From the NCBI GenBank assembly GCA_964498575.1, contig CAZCJG010000001.1, forward strand, positions 1 through 32,997: a stretch of 32,997 nucleotides of DNA, in the 5' to 3' direction. Positions 1 to 8,172 of the stretch are shown here, in pieces. The translations under genes and the position numbers were made by a program. How positions within the stretch are numbered: the first letter of the stretch is position 1; each line of letters starts with the position of its first letter. This DNA comes from an uncultured Anaerolineales bacterium. Its GTDB lineage: Bacteria; Chloroflexota; Anaerolineae; Epilineales; Epilineaceae. Below the pieces are notes generated by a model. It did not search any database. It was not told the origin of the DNA and worked only from the letters and a program-made list of their open reading frames with translations.

Positions 1-505
1 GGACCTTGTCGGGATGCAACGCGCTGTAGCACAAGCTGAAGGTCCCGCCCTGGCAAATCCCCAGCAGGTTGATCGAAGGCTGGCCGCTCCGGGCGCGGAT
101 CACGTCGACGCAGCGGTCGATGTAGCCGTTGATGTAGTCGTCCAGCGTCAGCCAGCGATCACCACGGGTGGGGTAGCCCCAGTCGATCAGGTAGACGTCC
201 AGCCCCAGGCGCAATAGGTTGTGCACCAGCGAGCGGCCCTTCTCCAGGTCGACCATGTAGGGCCGGTTGACCAGGGCGTAGTTGATCAGCAGCGGCACCG
301 GCCGCGGCGTCTCGACTACCGGCGTGTAGCGGTACAGCGTCAGCTTGTCCTCGCGGTAGACCGCCTCGCGCGGCGAGAAGCCGACCTGGATGTCGTCGGC
401 GTCGATCCGCGACAGCGCCTCGATGCCCGCGACCGTGCGCCGGCTCATCTCGGCCAGCTCGCGCACGAAGGTCTCCGGGCTGATGGCAAGCACGGGGGAT
501 ATCAT
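1..505 (-). CDS. phaC: Class III poly(3-hydroxyalkanoate) synthase subunit PhaC, N-terminal ~168 aa only (3' end runs off the window)
   Basis: Absent from the ORF track because the frame stays open to the window edge. The minus-strand ATG at 505 reads MISPVLAISPETFVRELAEMSRRTVAGIEALSRIDADDIQVGFSPREAVYREDKLTLYRYTP..PLLINYALVNRPYMVDL..DVYLIDWGYP..LTLDDYINGYIDRCVD..INLLGICQGGTFSLCYSALHPDKV. This is collinear with Allochromatium/Synechocystis-type PhaC, including the lipase box G-x-C-x-G (GICQGG). There is an ATGA start/stop overlap with phaE. Confidence 0.93.
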   Translation of the reverse strand, partial: MISPVLAISPETFVRELAEMSRRTVAGIEALSRIDADDIQVGFSPREAVYREDKLTLYRYTPVVETPRPVPLLINYALVNRPYMVDLEKGRSLVHNLLRLGLDVYLIDWGYPTRGDRWLTLDDYINGYIDRCVDVIRARSGQPSINLLGICQGGTFSLCYSALHPDKV

Positions 506-1803
506 GCGGGACCTCCGGGCGTCTGTTCTCCGGGCGTCTGACGATCGCTTCGCCGGCGGCTGGGGCGCTTGGCGGCCTTGAGCGCCGCCATCTCGCCGCG
601 CAGCGCGCGCAGCTCGCCGCGCAGGCGGTAGATCTCGCGGAAGGCCTCGTCGAGCTCGCTGCGCGAGGCGATGTCGGTCGTCTTGAGGAAGGTTTCGACC
701 ACGGCGCGCTCGGCCTGGCGGTAGCGCATCGCGGCGTTGAGCATCCTGCCCTGGGCCGCGGCGTAGGGTTCCGAGCGGAAGGCTTCCTCCATCGAGGCGT
801 CGGTGACGGTCGTCCACAGCGTGGTGAGCTCGCGCAGCGACGAGATCGGCTTGCCGGCCTCGGCGCGCGCCTTGAGCGCCTCGAACACCGCGGCCGAGGC
901 ATCGGCCCAGGCCTCGCCGACGATCAACTGGTATTCCGCGACGGCGCGGCGGTAGTCGATCCAGGCGTCGAAGCCGCCCAGCAGCTCCTCCTCGAACTCG
1001 CGCGTCATGCCCAGGCTCGGGCTTTCGAGCAGCCGGCCGCCGGTGTGCTCCCAGGCGTCCCAGTAGAGGCGCGACAGCCCGGCGAAGGCCGAGCCGTCGC
1101 CGGAGATCGCCGAGGAGATGTGCCCCGGCGCCTGGCGCAGCGACTGCGCCCAGGGACCGACCAGGCGCCCCACGGTCTCCAGATACAGCCGCCACAGCTC
1201 GGCGGTGTCGCCGGCGATGGCGGCGTAAGCGGTGGGATCGACCGTCCAGCCACGCTTGACCTGCTCGCGGTAGCCGTCGATCGCCGCCTGCCAGTCCTGC
1301 CCGGCCGCGACCTGGGCCGAGAGCGTCTGCCAGGCCTCGGTCATCAAGCGCGTGTAGCGGAACACCAGGTCGTGCGTGGCCAGCAGGCCGGACGCGACGT
1401 CCTTGACCACCGGCTCGCTGCCTGCCGTCCACGCCCCCATCGCCTGCTCGGCGAGGCGGCGCCACTGCTCGGCGAGCAAGAGCATGGGATCGGTCGAAGC
1501 CGTCTGCCCGGCGGCACCGCGCCCGGCAGGTCCGGGACCCGGGTTGGGGAACGGCGTACCGGGCGGCGCGCCAGCCGGGGACGATCCAGCGGCTGAGGCG
1601 GGTCCCGACGCGGCCGCCATCCCGGCGCTCGCGGTCTGGGCGGTGCCGGCGGTAGCGGCTGCCTGCGCCATATCGGCCCACGCCTGCCACATGTTGCGGC
1701 CGGCTTCGCCCCACAGGTTGACCATCGACTCGGTCTGGGCCTGCCAGGGATTCACTGGGCTGTTGTTGTTCACTTGGCTGTTGTCGTCCATTGCCTCAGC
1801 CAC
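502..1803 (-). CDS. phaE: Class III PHA synthase subunit PhaE (with a long Ala/Gly/Pro-rich insert near the N-terminus)
   Basis: A 433-aa ORF sits immediately upstream of phaC and is translationally coupled to it (ATGA). The Trp-rich N-terminus (NPWQAQTESMVNLWGEAGRNMWQAWADM) and the C-terminal part (LGMTREFEEELL..WIDYRRAVAEYQ..EPYAAAQGRMLNAAMRYRQ..EIYRLRGELRALR) fit the PhaE family and the phaE-phaC gene order seen in cyanobacteria. The start is uncertain: GTG at 1803 or ATG at 1791. Confidence 0.85.
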   Translation of the reverse strand: MAEAMDDNSQVNNNSPVNPWQAQTESMVNLWGEAGRNMWQAWADMAQAAATAGTAQTASAGMAAASGPASAAGSSPAGAPPGTPFPNPGPGPAGRGAAGQTASTDPMLLLAEQWRRLAEQAMGAWTAGSEPVVKDVASGLLATHDLVFRYTRLMTEAWQTLSAQVAAGQDWQAAIDGYREQVKRGWTVDPTAYAAIAGDTAELWRLYLETVGRLVGPWAQSLRQAPGHISSAISGDGSAFAGLSRLYWDAWEHTGGRLLESPSLGMTREFEEELLGGFDAWIDYRRAVAEYQLIVGEAWADASAAVFEALKARAEAGKPISSLRELTTLWTTVTDASMEEAFRSEPYAAAQGRMLNAAMRYRQAERAVVETFLKTTDIASRSELDEAFREIYRLRGELRALRGEMAALKAAKRPSRRRSDRQTPGEQTPGGPA

Positions 1804-2228
1804 GCCTGCTGCATCTCCGCCAGTTGGCGGGCGGTCGCCTGCCAGGCGCCGAGCATGTCGCGGTCCGCCGCGCCCCAGGCACCGCTGCCGCCCGGATCCA
1901 GGCCGCGCATCGCCTCGAACCAGCTTGCCCAGAGCTGCCGCTGCGAGGCGATCCAGGCCTCTACCACCGCCTTGCCCTGGGCCGCCCAGGTCTCGACATC
2001 CGCCGCCGCGCCGGTGGTCGGCGCGGCCTCCGCCCAGCGCGCGGCCCAGGCCGCCTGGGCATCCAGGGCTCCGTCGATCGCGGACTTCCAGGCATCCAGC
2101 GTCGACTGCCAGGCAGTGCTGGCCGGCGGGTGCCCGGCCACCGCCTTCGACCAGCCGTCGAGAATCTGCGCCTGGGCATCGAGCCAGGCGCGGGTCATGT
2201 CATTGGTCTGCTGGGTCCAATCCACCAT
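1770..2228 (-). CDS. Trp-rich helical protein, putative PHA-granule-associated (phasin-like, resembles the PhaE N-terminal segment)
   Basis: A 152-aa ORF with a strong SD (GGGGGAGG, 5 nt before ATG 2228). It contains 15 Trp, mostly in A-W/x-W helical spacing (TRAWLDAQAQILDGWSKAV..LDAWKSAIDG..AAWAARWAEA..VEAWIASQRQLWASWFEAM..QQAWLRQW). It lies between the phasin-like gene and phaE and overlaps the phaE start. Function is inferred from context only. Confidence 0.6.
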   Translation of the reverse strand: MVDWTQQTNDMTRAWLDAQAQILDGWSKAVAGHPPASTAWQSTLDAWKSAIDGALDAQAAWAARWAEAAPTTGAAADVETWAAQGKAVVEAWIASQRQLWASWFEAMRGLDPGGSGAWGAADRDMLGAWQATARQLAEMQQAWLRQWTTTAK

Positions 2229-2305
2229 CCGGGCCTCCCCCGCCGCCTTCGGATCGAATCAGTTCGCGCCCTTCGCGCCTTCGCGTGAGACGACCTTCAC
2301 AGTAT

Positions 2306-2342
2306 ACACAAACAAGAGAGGGCACGGCGAACCGTGCCCTCT
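2306..2342 (-). terminator. Intrinsic terminator downstream of the phasin-like gene
   Basis: The minus strand reads AGAGGGCACGG-TTCG-CCGTGCCCTCT followed by CTTGTTTGTGT. This is an 11-bp GC-rich stem with a UUCG tetraloop and a T-rich tail. It begins 15 nt after the stop codon at 2358. Confidence 0.65.
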
Positions 2343-2357
2343 TCTCAATCCCACCAA

Positions 2358-2816
2358 CTAGGCCTTGGCCCGCGTGCGGGTGCCGTTGGCCGGGGTCTCG
2401 GCCGCCGCCTGGACGACTTCGGTGGCCTGCTGCATGATATCGTTCATCTGCTCCTGGGCGACCTGGGCCTGCGCCTGCATCGCGCGGCCGGTCTCGCTGG
2501 CGAAGGCGCGCGTCGCCTCGGCCATCGAGCGGGTGAGCTGGGTCGCCAGGTCCGCGTTGGCCTTGAGCTGAGTCTGCCAGAGCTGGGCGCTCTCGATCAC
2601 GAGCTTGTGCTCGCGCCCGGCGATCTCGCCCGCGCGCCGGTTGGCCTCGGCCCACAGCTTGCCATTGTGCTCGCGCAGCGCGAAGGCGCTGTCGAGCTGG
2701 TGCTGGGTCGCCTCGACCACGAAGCCGTTCCAGGCCTGCAGCGCGTCCTGCCACTGCTTCAAACCGGTCCGGAAGCTCTCGTTCATCGTCTGGTACATCG
2801 GCTGGGTTTCGTTCAT
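2358..2816 (-). CDS. Phasin-like PHA granule-associated protein (putative)
   Basis: The ORF 2358..2849 is trimmed to ATG 2816 (MNETQPMYQ...), which has AAGGAG 7 nt upstream. The protein is amphipathic and all-helical, rich in Ala/Gln/Glu (LKQWQDALQAWNGFVVEATQHQLDSAF..LWQTQLKANADLATQLTRSMAEATRAF..QAQAQVAQEQMNDIMQQATEVVQAAAE). It heads the phaE-phaC cluster. The phasin call rests on composition and context. Confidence 0.7.
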   Translation of the reverse strand: MNETQPMYQTMNESFRTGLKQWQDALQAWNGFVVEATQHQLDSAFALREHNGKLWAEANRRAGEIAGREHKLVIESAQLWQTQLKANADLATQLTRSMAEATRAFASETGRAMQAQAQVAQEQMNDIMQQATEVVQAAAETPANGTRTRAKA

Positions 2817-2861
2817 CGTTGGTTCTCCTTGGTAGGGTTGATGGGCCAAGTGTAGCGAGCA

Positions 2862-2880
2862 GGAGTTACAGTGGAGTTAC
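2862..2880. promoter_or_regulatory. Two 8-bp direct repeats (GGAGTTAC) phased 11 bp apart, in the divergent phasin / vWA-gene control region
   Basis: aGGAGTTACagtGGAGTTACggg occupies 2862-2869 and 2873-2880. The second repeat ends 9 nt upstream of the GGAACC -35-like element at 2890. One-helical-turn phasing is typical of winged-helix (OmpR/SARP-type) activator sites. Confidence 0.3.
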
Positions 2881-2889
2881 GGGCGCCGC

Positions 2890-2916
2890 GGAACCCCCGC
2901 CCGCCGCCGGGTGTCT
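2890..2916 (+). promoter_or_regulatory. ECF-type promoter candidate upstream of the NHL/vWA gene (GGAACC-N17-GTCT)
   Basis: The site is GGAACC (2890-2895), cccgcccgccgccgggt (17 nt), GTCT (2913-2916). It has the same architecture and spacing as the site upstream of the ECF sigma gene (8827-8853, minus strand). Confidence 0.5.
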
Positions 2917-2927
2917 TTCCTGATAGC

Positions 2928-5900
2928 ATGGTCCCGCCACCTTCCCACCTGATCCCGCGCGGTGCGCGCGCACCCATGACGCGCGCCATCGCCTTGGGCG
3001 CGGCCGCCGCTCTCGGCGTCCTCGACCTGGTCCTCGCGCCGGGCGCGCCACACCCGCGCGCCGCCGGAGCCGCCGTGTGGTCCAGGCCAGCGCCGCCGGC
3101 AACCGCCCAGGGCCAGCCGGCCCGCGCCGCGCTCCCGGCCCGCGGCTACGCCGTCGTGGCGTCCTGGCCGCTGCCCCCACGCCCCTTGCCGCACACCCCC
3201 GACTTCGAGCCGCTGGATCTGGCGCTCCTGCCCGACGGGCGCCTGCTGGTCGCCGACGCCGCCAACAACGCGGTGCTCGCCTTCGATCCGGAGGGCCGGT
3301 TGGCCGGGAAATGGACCTTCGACGGCCAGCCCGGCACCCGTCCCTGTGCCGCTACGCCGATCGCTTTGGCCCTCGGCGCGGGCGAAGGGCCGGTCTATGT
3401 GCTGTGGGCGTTGCACGAGGCAGCCGCAGCGCCGGGGATCGGAATGCTGCACCAGCCGGCCCAGGCGCCGGGAGCCGGGGTGCTTGAATCGCGCACCTTG
3501 GACGGCCACAGCCTGGATCGGCGCTCGGTGGAAGCCAGCGATGTGGCGATCGACCCCGTGTCGGGCGACCTCGTCCTGCTGGACGCCGTGGGCGGCTGGT
3601 TGCGGCGTCTCGGGCCGGGCGACGCGGCGCCGCGGCGCTTCGCACCGGTCGGGCGTATGACCGGCCAGGCCGGCGCCCTGGCGGTGGGCCGCGCCGTCAT
3701 CGCGGTGCTCGCCGGCGGCGGCGCGGTCGACCTGGTCGCCCCGGACGGGACACCGGCCGGCCGGATCGCCCCCAGCCCTCACCGCGCCCGCGCTGTCGGC
3801 GTGGGCGACGACGGTCGCATCTGGCTGCTCGTGCAAGCCGATGTCCGTATCGCCCCGGACGATCGCCCGATCATCCTGCGCTACGGCGCCGATGGACGGC
3901 TCATGGATGCGCTCGGCACGGCCGCTCTCGGATCCGTGACGCTGCCCAACCTCGCCTGGCCCTTCACGCTGGATGTGCGGGAATCCGGGCTCGCCCTGGC
4001 CGCCGCGGACGCGGGCGGGGCGTTCGCGATCCACCGCTACGCGGATCTCGGCCGCGTCGGGCCGATCCTGCGCGGCGGGCGGGCCCGGTCGGGCGGCGGC
4101 GTCTCGCGCTGCGCACCCTTGCGCGTGGACGGCCCCTTGCGCCTGGCCGCCGCCCCGGACGGGAGCCTGGCGCTGCTCGACGGCCGCGAGGGACAGGTCC
4201 TGGCCCTCGACGAATCCGGCCCGGTGTTCAAGGCGCTCGCCCCGCCCGACGCGGCCGAGCTGGCGCTGGGGCCCGGCGGCGCGCGCTACCTCCTCGGCAC
4301 CGGCGGGGCGCTGCTGCGGCAGGACGCGGCCGGCGGCACGGTGTGGCGCGTGGACTGCGGCTGCCCCTGGGCCACGGGCCTGGTGGTGGCGGGCGAGCGG
4401 GTGCTCGTCGCCGAGCCCTGGCCGGCGCCGGGGCGGATCGCCGCCTTCGCGGCCGAGGATGGCCGGCCGCTCGGCACCCTGGAGCGGCGGCCGCCGGGCG
4501 GGCTATGGCCGATCGACCTGGCGCTGGGGACCGATGGCCGGCTCTTCACCGGCGACCGGCTGGCCGGGACCGTGGCGGCGTTCGCCCCGCCCTTCGGTCC
4601 GGGCTTCGTGGACGATGCGATGCGCTGGGCCACCGGCCCGCGCGGCGCGGCGCGCCGTCTGGACGCCGGCTGGCTGGCACCGGGCCTGCCCGGCCTGGCC
4701 CTCGTGCGCGAGGACGACCGGCTGGCGATCCTGGCCGGCGACGAGGGCATGCTCGCGGATCTCGTCCTGCCCGAAACCCAGGACGGATCCGCCGTCCACG
4801 CCGCCGACCTCGCCTGGGACCCCGGCGGACGCCTCTTCCTGGCCGATCCCGGGCGCAACGAGGTGCACCGTCTGGAACCGAGCGCGCGCGCCGGGCCTGC
4901 CCAATCGGGAAGCCCCCCGTCGCCGGAGTCGCCGGCCTGTCGGATCGCGGGGGAGCGGACGGTTCGACCCGGCACGGCCCGCATCGGCGAAGCGGTGGAG
5001 GTCCGGCTGCGGCTGGGGACCGTATGCCCGCCCGGCGGCGACGCGGCGGTGAACCTGGTGCTGGTGGTCGACCGTTCCGCGTCGATGCAGGGAGCGCCGC
5101 TCGACGCGGCCAAGCGGCTGGCGCGCGACTTCGTCGAAAGCCTGGGCGCGGATGCGCGGCTGGCCCTGGTCACCTTCGATCTGCAGACCACGGTCCCGGT
5201 CTACTGGACCGCCCAGCGCTCCCGCCTGATCGCAGCCCTGACTCCGATCGAAGCCAACGGCGGCACCAATCCGGCGCCCGCCCTCCGCCGTGCCGACGCC
5301 CTGCTGCACGAGATCGCGCTCACGGAGCCGGGGCGGGGCCGCGCGCTGCCGGTCATCCTCCTGCTCACGGATGGCGCCCGCAGCCAGGACACCGAGGATC
5401 CCCGCGGCCCCGCCCTGCTCGCCCGTGCCCGCGGCGTCATCCTCATGGCCGCCGGCCTGGGACCGCGGGCCGACATGCGCCTCCTGGCCGAGCTGGCCGG
5501 CGGCGCGGCGCTGGAAGTGCGCGCGGCGTCGGACTCGGAACCGCTGCGGCGCCGGCTGGACCAATTGACACGGCGGCCCCCGCCCGGCGATCTGGTGATC
5601 GACGAGCTGGCCGGCGCCGGATACGCCATCGCCGGCGATGGTGCCCAGCCTGCCGTGCTCGGCATCCCCGGCGGCCTGCGCTGGGGCCGGGTGCTGCTGC
5701 CGGCCGAAGGGCTGACCCTCACCTACACCATCCGCCCCCATGCGATCGGCGACCTGCCCGTCGGCGCCGCCGGCGCCGCCGCCTACGCCGACGGGCACGG
5801 TGTCCGGCGCCGCCTGCCGCTCGCGCCCGCCCCGCTCCGTGTGCTCCCACTGGTGCCCAGCCCGTCTCCAGCACCCGGCCAGTCCTCGACACCCAGCCCA

Positions 5901-6623
5901 TCTCCGCCGCCCGCCACCGCGACCCCGGCCGGACCCGCCGTCGGCACGCCGACGCCGGGAGGTCCACCGAGCCCGGTCCCCACCGCTTCCCCGACCGCCA
6001 CCGACCCAGCGGCGGCACGTCCCCTCCGCGCCTTCCTGCCGGCGATCGAGCGCTGCGGCGAGCGGCGGCCGACCGATCTGGTGCTGGTGCTCGACGCCTC
6101 GACCAGCATGCACGAGCGCTTCGGGCCGGGCACCAAGCTCGATGCCGTCGTGGCGGCGGTGGGTACGCTCTGGGGCGCGCTGTGGCTGGGCGGGGGCGAT
6201 CGGGCGGCGGTCGTCACCTTCAACCGCGAGGCGGTGGTGAGGCAAGGCCTGACCGGAGACCGCGCGGCATTGCAGGCGGCACTCGATGCGGTGCCGGTGG
6301 CGGCCGAGACCCGGATCGACCGGGGGATCGAGGCGGCCTTGCGCCTGGGCGCCGGCGCCGATCCGGGCCGGGCCGCCGTGCTCGTCCTCGTCACCGACGG
6401 CCGGCCCTACCCGGTCTCGCCCGATCAGGTGCTGGCCCAGGCGGAGACCGCCAAGGCGGCCGGCTTCCAGCTCTTCAGCGTCGGCATCGGCGCGGAGCTG
6501 GACCTGCGCACGCTGCGGGGCATCGCGTCCCGGCCCGGCGATGCGTACCAGGCGCTCGATCCCGCGGCGCTGCGGGCGGCGCTGGAGGCCATCGCCGAAG
6601 CGATCCGCTGCAGCGGGGCTTGA
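2928..6623 (+). CDS. Secreted NHL-repeat beta-propeller protein with two von Willebrand factor A (vWA) domains
   Basis: A 1250-aa ORF (track start GTG 2871). The likely start is ATG 2928, 11 nt after the GTCT element, or ATG 2976 (MTRAIALGAAAALGVLDLVLAPG, signal-peptide-like). NHL-like blades: LLPDGRLLVADAANNAVLAFDPEGRL, AAPDGSLALLDGREGQVLALDESG, WDPGGRLFLADPGRNEVHRLEP. Two vWA MIDAS motifs: LVLVVDRSASMQG and LVLVLDASTSMHE. A Pro/Ser/Thr-rich linker (PSPSPAPGQSSTPSPSPPPATATP...) separates the vWA domains. Confidence 0.88.
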   Translation: MVPPPSHLIPRGARAPMTRAIALGAAAALGVLDLVLAPGAPHPRAAGAAVWSRPAPPATAQGQPARAALPARGYAVVASWPLPPRPLPHTPDFEPLDLALLPDGRLLVADAANNAVLAFDPEGRLAGKWTFDGQPGTRPCAATPIALALGAGEGPVYVLWALHEAAAAPGIGMLHQPAQAPGAGVLESRTLDGHSLDRRSVEASDVAIDPVSGDLVLLDAVGGWLRRLGPGDAAPRRFAPVGRMTGQAGALAVGRAVIAVLAGGGAVDLVAPDGTPAGRIAPSPHRARAVGVGDDGRIWLLVQADVRIAPDDRPIILRYGADGRLMDALGTAALGSVTLPNLAWPFTLDVRESGLALAAADAGGAFAIHRYADLGRVGPILRGGRARSGGGVSRCAPLRVDGPLRLAAAPDGSLALLDGREGQVLALDESGPVFKALAPPDAAELALGPGGARYLLGTGGALLRQDAAGGTVWRVDCGCPWATGLVVAGERVLVAEPWPAPGRIAAFAAEDGRPLGTLERRPPGGLWPIDLALGTDGRLFTGDRLAGTVAAFAPPFGPGFVDDAMRWATGPRGAARRLDAGWLAPGLPGLALVREDDRLAILAGDEGMLADLVLPETQDGSAVHAADLAWDPGGRLFLADPGRNEVHRLEPSARAGPAQSGSPPSPESPACRIAGERTVRPGTARIGEAVEVRLRLGTVCPPGGDAAVNLVLVVDRSASMQGAPLDAAKRLARDFVESLGADARLALVTFDLQTTVPVYWTAQRSRLIAALTPIEANGGTNPAPALRRADALLHEIALTEPGRGRALPVILLLTDGARSQDTEDPRGPALLARARGVILMAAGLGPRADMRLLAELAGGAALEVRAASDSEPLRRRLDQLTRRPPPGDLVIDELAGAGYAIAGDGAQPAVLGIPGGLRWGRVLLPAEGLTLTYTIRPHAIGDLPVGAAGAAAYADGHGVRRRLPLAPAPLRVLPLVPSPSPAPGQSSTPSPSPPPATATPAGPAVGTPTPGGPPSPVPTASPTATDPAAARPLRAFLPAIERCGERRPTDLVLVLDASTSMHERFGPGTKLDAVVAAVGTLWGALWLGGGDRAAVVTFNREAVVRQGLTGDRAALQAALDAVPVAAETRIDRGIEAALRLGAGADPGRAAVLVLVTDGRPYPVSPDQVLAQAETAKAAGFQLFSVGIGAELDLRTLRGIASRPGDAYQALDPAALRAALEAIAEAIRCSGA

Positions 6624-6684
6624 GGGCGCCGCGGGACCGAGTGCCCGGCGCGTGTCGCCCGGTCGACGGCCTTGCGCCGCCGGG

Positions 6685-8172
6685 TCAAGGCAAGCGGAAG
6701 TCGACGCGCGTCTCCGGCCCGCCTGCGCCGATCGTGACCGGCTCGGCGGCGGAGGGATCGGCCTGGGCGGGCCACCACAGCTCGGGCGGCCTGAACCAGG
6801 CGCGGGAGGCGCCGAGTCGATAGCGGCCCGGTGCCAGGTGCAGGGCATAGTTGCCCTCGTCGTCCGCCAGCACGGCCCCGGCAGGCGTGTCGCCGCCCTC
6901 CAGGGCTTCGGCGATCACCAGCGCCCCCGCGACCGGCCGATCCGCCGCGCCCTGCACCTGGCCCAGTACCCGTTCCGCCGGCCTGGCCTCGAGTCGGAAG
7001 TCCGCGCCCGGGGTCCAGCGGCCGGTCAACACCTCAATGGCGACGGCGGCGCGCGGGTCCGGGCTCGCGCCCGCGCCGGGGCCGCGCGACCAGGCGAGCG
7101 GATGGTCGGGCGATTCGGCGCTGAGAATCCAGACGCCCTCACCCAGCTCCAGCGCGAAGCCGCCGTCGGGCGCGCTCAGGCGCTCGACGAAGTCCCCATG
7201 CGCCGCGCCCGGCCGCCGCGCGCGGATCGGGATCTCCGCCCGCCCGGCGCCGTCCGGCCCGAGCACCTGACCCGCGATGCCTTGCGCCGGCCCGCCACCA
7301 CCGCCTGGGCCGGCCGTCGGCGTCGGCATGCCGCCCGGCGGTGTCGGCGTGTCGACCGGGGGCGGTGCCGCCGTGTCGTCCGGCGGCGGGTCATCCGTCA
7401 CCCGCTTCGGCGTGTCGTCCGGCGGTGGCGCCGTGATCCGAGGCGGGGTCTCGGATGGCAGGGGAATCACGATGAACACGGGCACGCTTGTCGCGCCGCG
7501 GGTCGGAGGGAAGGGTGAGGACGCCGGGAGCGGTTCCAGCCGCGCCCTCGCCGGCCCGCCGCGCGAATCGCCGCCCACTTCCGGCTCCGGGCCGACCAGC
7601 CGGGCGATCCGGGCCCCTGTGACCTCCCGCGCAGGGACCCCGGCGCGGCCGTTCGCGCCATCCACGCCCGGCCGTCGATCCAGCATGCCGGGCGAACCCT
7701 GTCTCGTCACGACGGTAGGCGCCGCCGCCGGGATGGCCGCGACGGGCACGGTGTCGATGGCCGCCCCGCGGTCGAGGTTCGACCAGGCGAGGAGGGCGAG
7801 GAGGAATAACAGGAGGATCAGGCCGACCCGCCCGCGGCGCTGGTCGCGCCCATCGGACTGTCCCGGACCGGCCGCCGATAGCTCCGACTGGGGCGCATCC
7901 CCGATCTCGTGCTGGGTCGATGCCGAGCGCGTCGAGGACGGCGTGGGATCCTGGGCGATGCGGGCCAGGACCGGCGCCAGAGAGGGCAGGGGGGCGGCGC
8001 GGACCACGGTGTCGTCGCGGACCGCGCCGGCCAGCGCCTGCCAGTCGCGCAGCTCGGCTGTGCAGTCCGGACAAGCGGCGAGGTTGCGCGCGACACGCTG
8101 GCGCTCGGCATCGCTCAACTGGTCGGCGGTGTATGCGATCAGGTGCTCGCGGACGTGGTCATACGCGGGCAT
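6685..8172 (-). CDS. Anti-sigma factor (zf-HC2 / ZAS type), single TM, extracytoplasmic Pro-rich linker plus two carboxypeptidase-regulatory-like beta-sandwich domains
   Basis: The ORF 6685..8268 is trimmed to ATG 8172 (MPAYDHVREHL...), with GGGGAG 6 nt upstream. It overlaps the sigma gene stop by 14 nt. HC2 motif: H-x24-C-P-D-C (REHLIAY...NLAACPDCTAEL). TM segment: VGLILLLFLLALLAW. C-terminal segments GIAGQVLGPDG..GGFALELGEGVWILSAE and VLGQVQGA..VLADDEGNYALHLAPGRYRLGA look like CarboxypepD_reg folds. Confidence 0.85.
   Translation of the reverse strand: MPAYDHVREHLIAYTADQLSDAERQRVARNLAACPDCTAELRDWQALAGAVRDDTVVRAAPLPSLAPVLARIAQDPTPSSTRSASTQHEIGDAPQSELSAAGPGQSDGRDQRRGRVGLILLLFLLALLAWSNLDRGAAIDTVPVAAIPAAAPTVVTRQGSPGMLDRRPGVDGANGRAGVPAREVTGARIARLVGPEPEVGGDSRGGPARARLEPLPASSPFPPTRGATSVPVFIVIPLPSETPPRITAPPPDDTPKRVTDDPPPDDTAAPPPVDTPTPPGGMPTPTAGPGGGGGPAQGIAGQVLGPDGAGRAEIPIRARRPGAAHGDFVERLSAPDGGFALELGEGVWILSAESPDHPLAWSRGPGAGASPDPRAAVAIEVLTGRWTPGADFRLEARPAERVLGQVQGAADRPVAGALVIAEALEGGDTPAGAVLADDEGNYALHLAPGRYRLGASRAWFRPPELWWPAQADPSAAEPVTIGAGGPETRVDFRLP

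Noticed and set aside
159-902. ORF 159..902 (-, 247 aa) and other 60-200-aa ORFs overlapping phaC/phaE
   Set aside because: These are alternative frames of phaC and phaE with Arg/Pro/Ser-rich translations. The phaC and phaE frames carry family motifs and are translationally coupled.
4343-6848. Very long ORFs 4343..6823 (+, 826 aa) and 4503..6848 (-, 781 aa) overlapping the NHL/vWA gene
   Set aside because: Both are off-frame or antisense shadow ORFs of the 2871..6623 frame. Their translations are Arg/Pro/Gly/Ala runs with no recognisable motifs, whereas the chosen frame contains NHL blades and two MIDAS-containing vWA domains. Stop-poor alternative frames are expected at this GC content.
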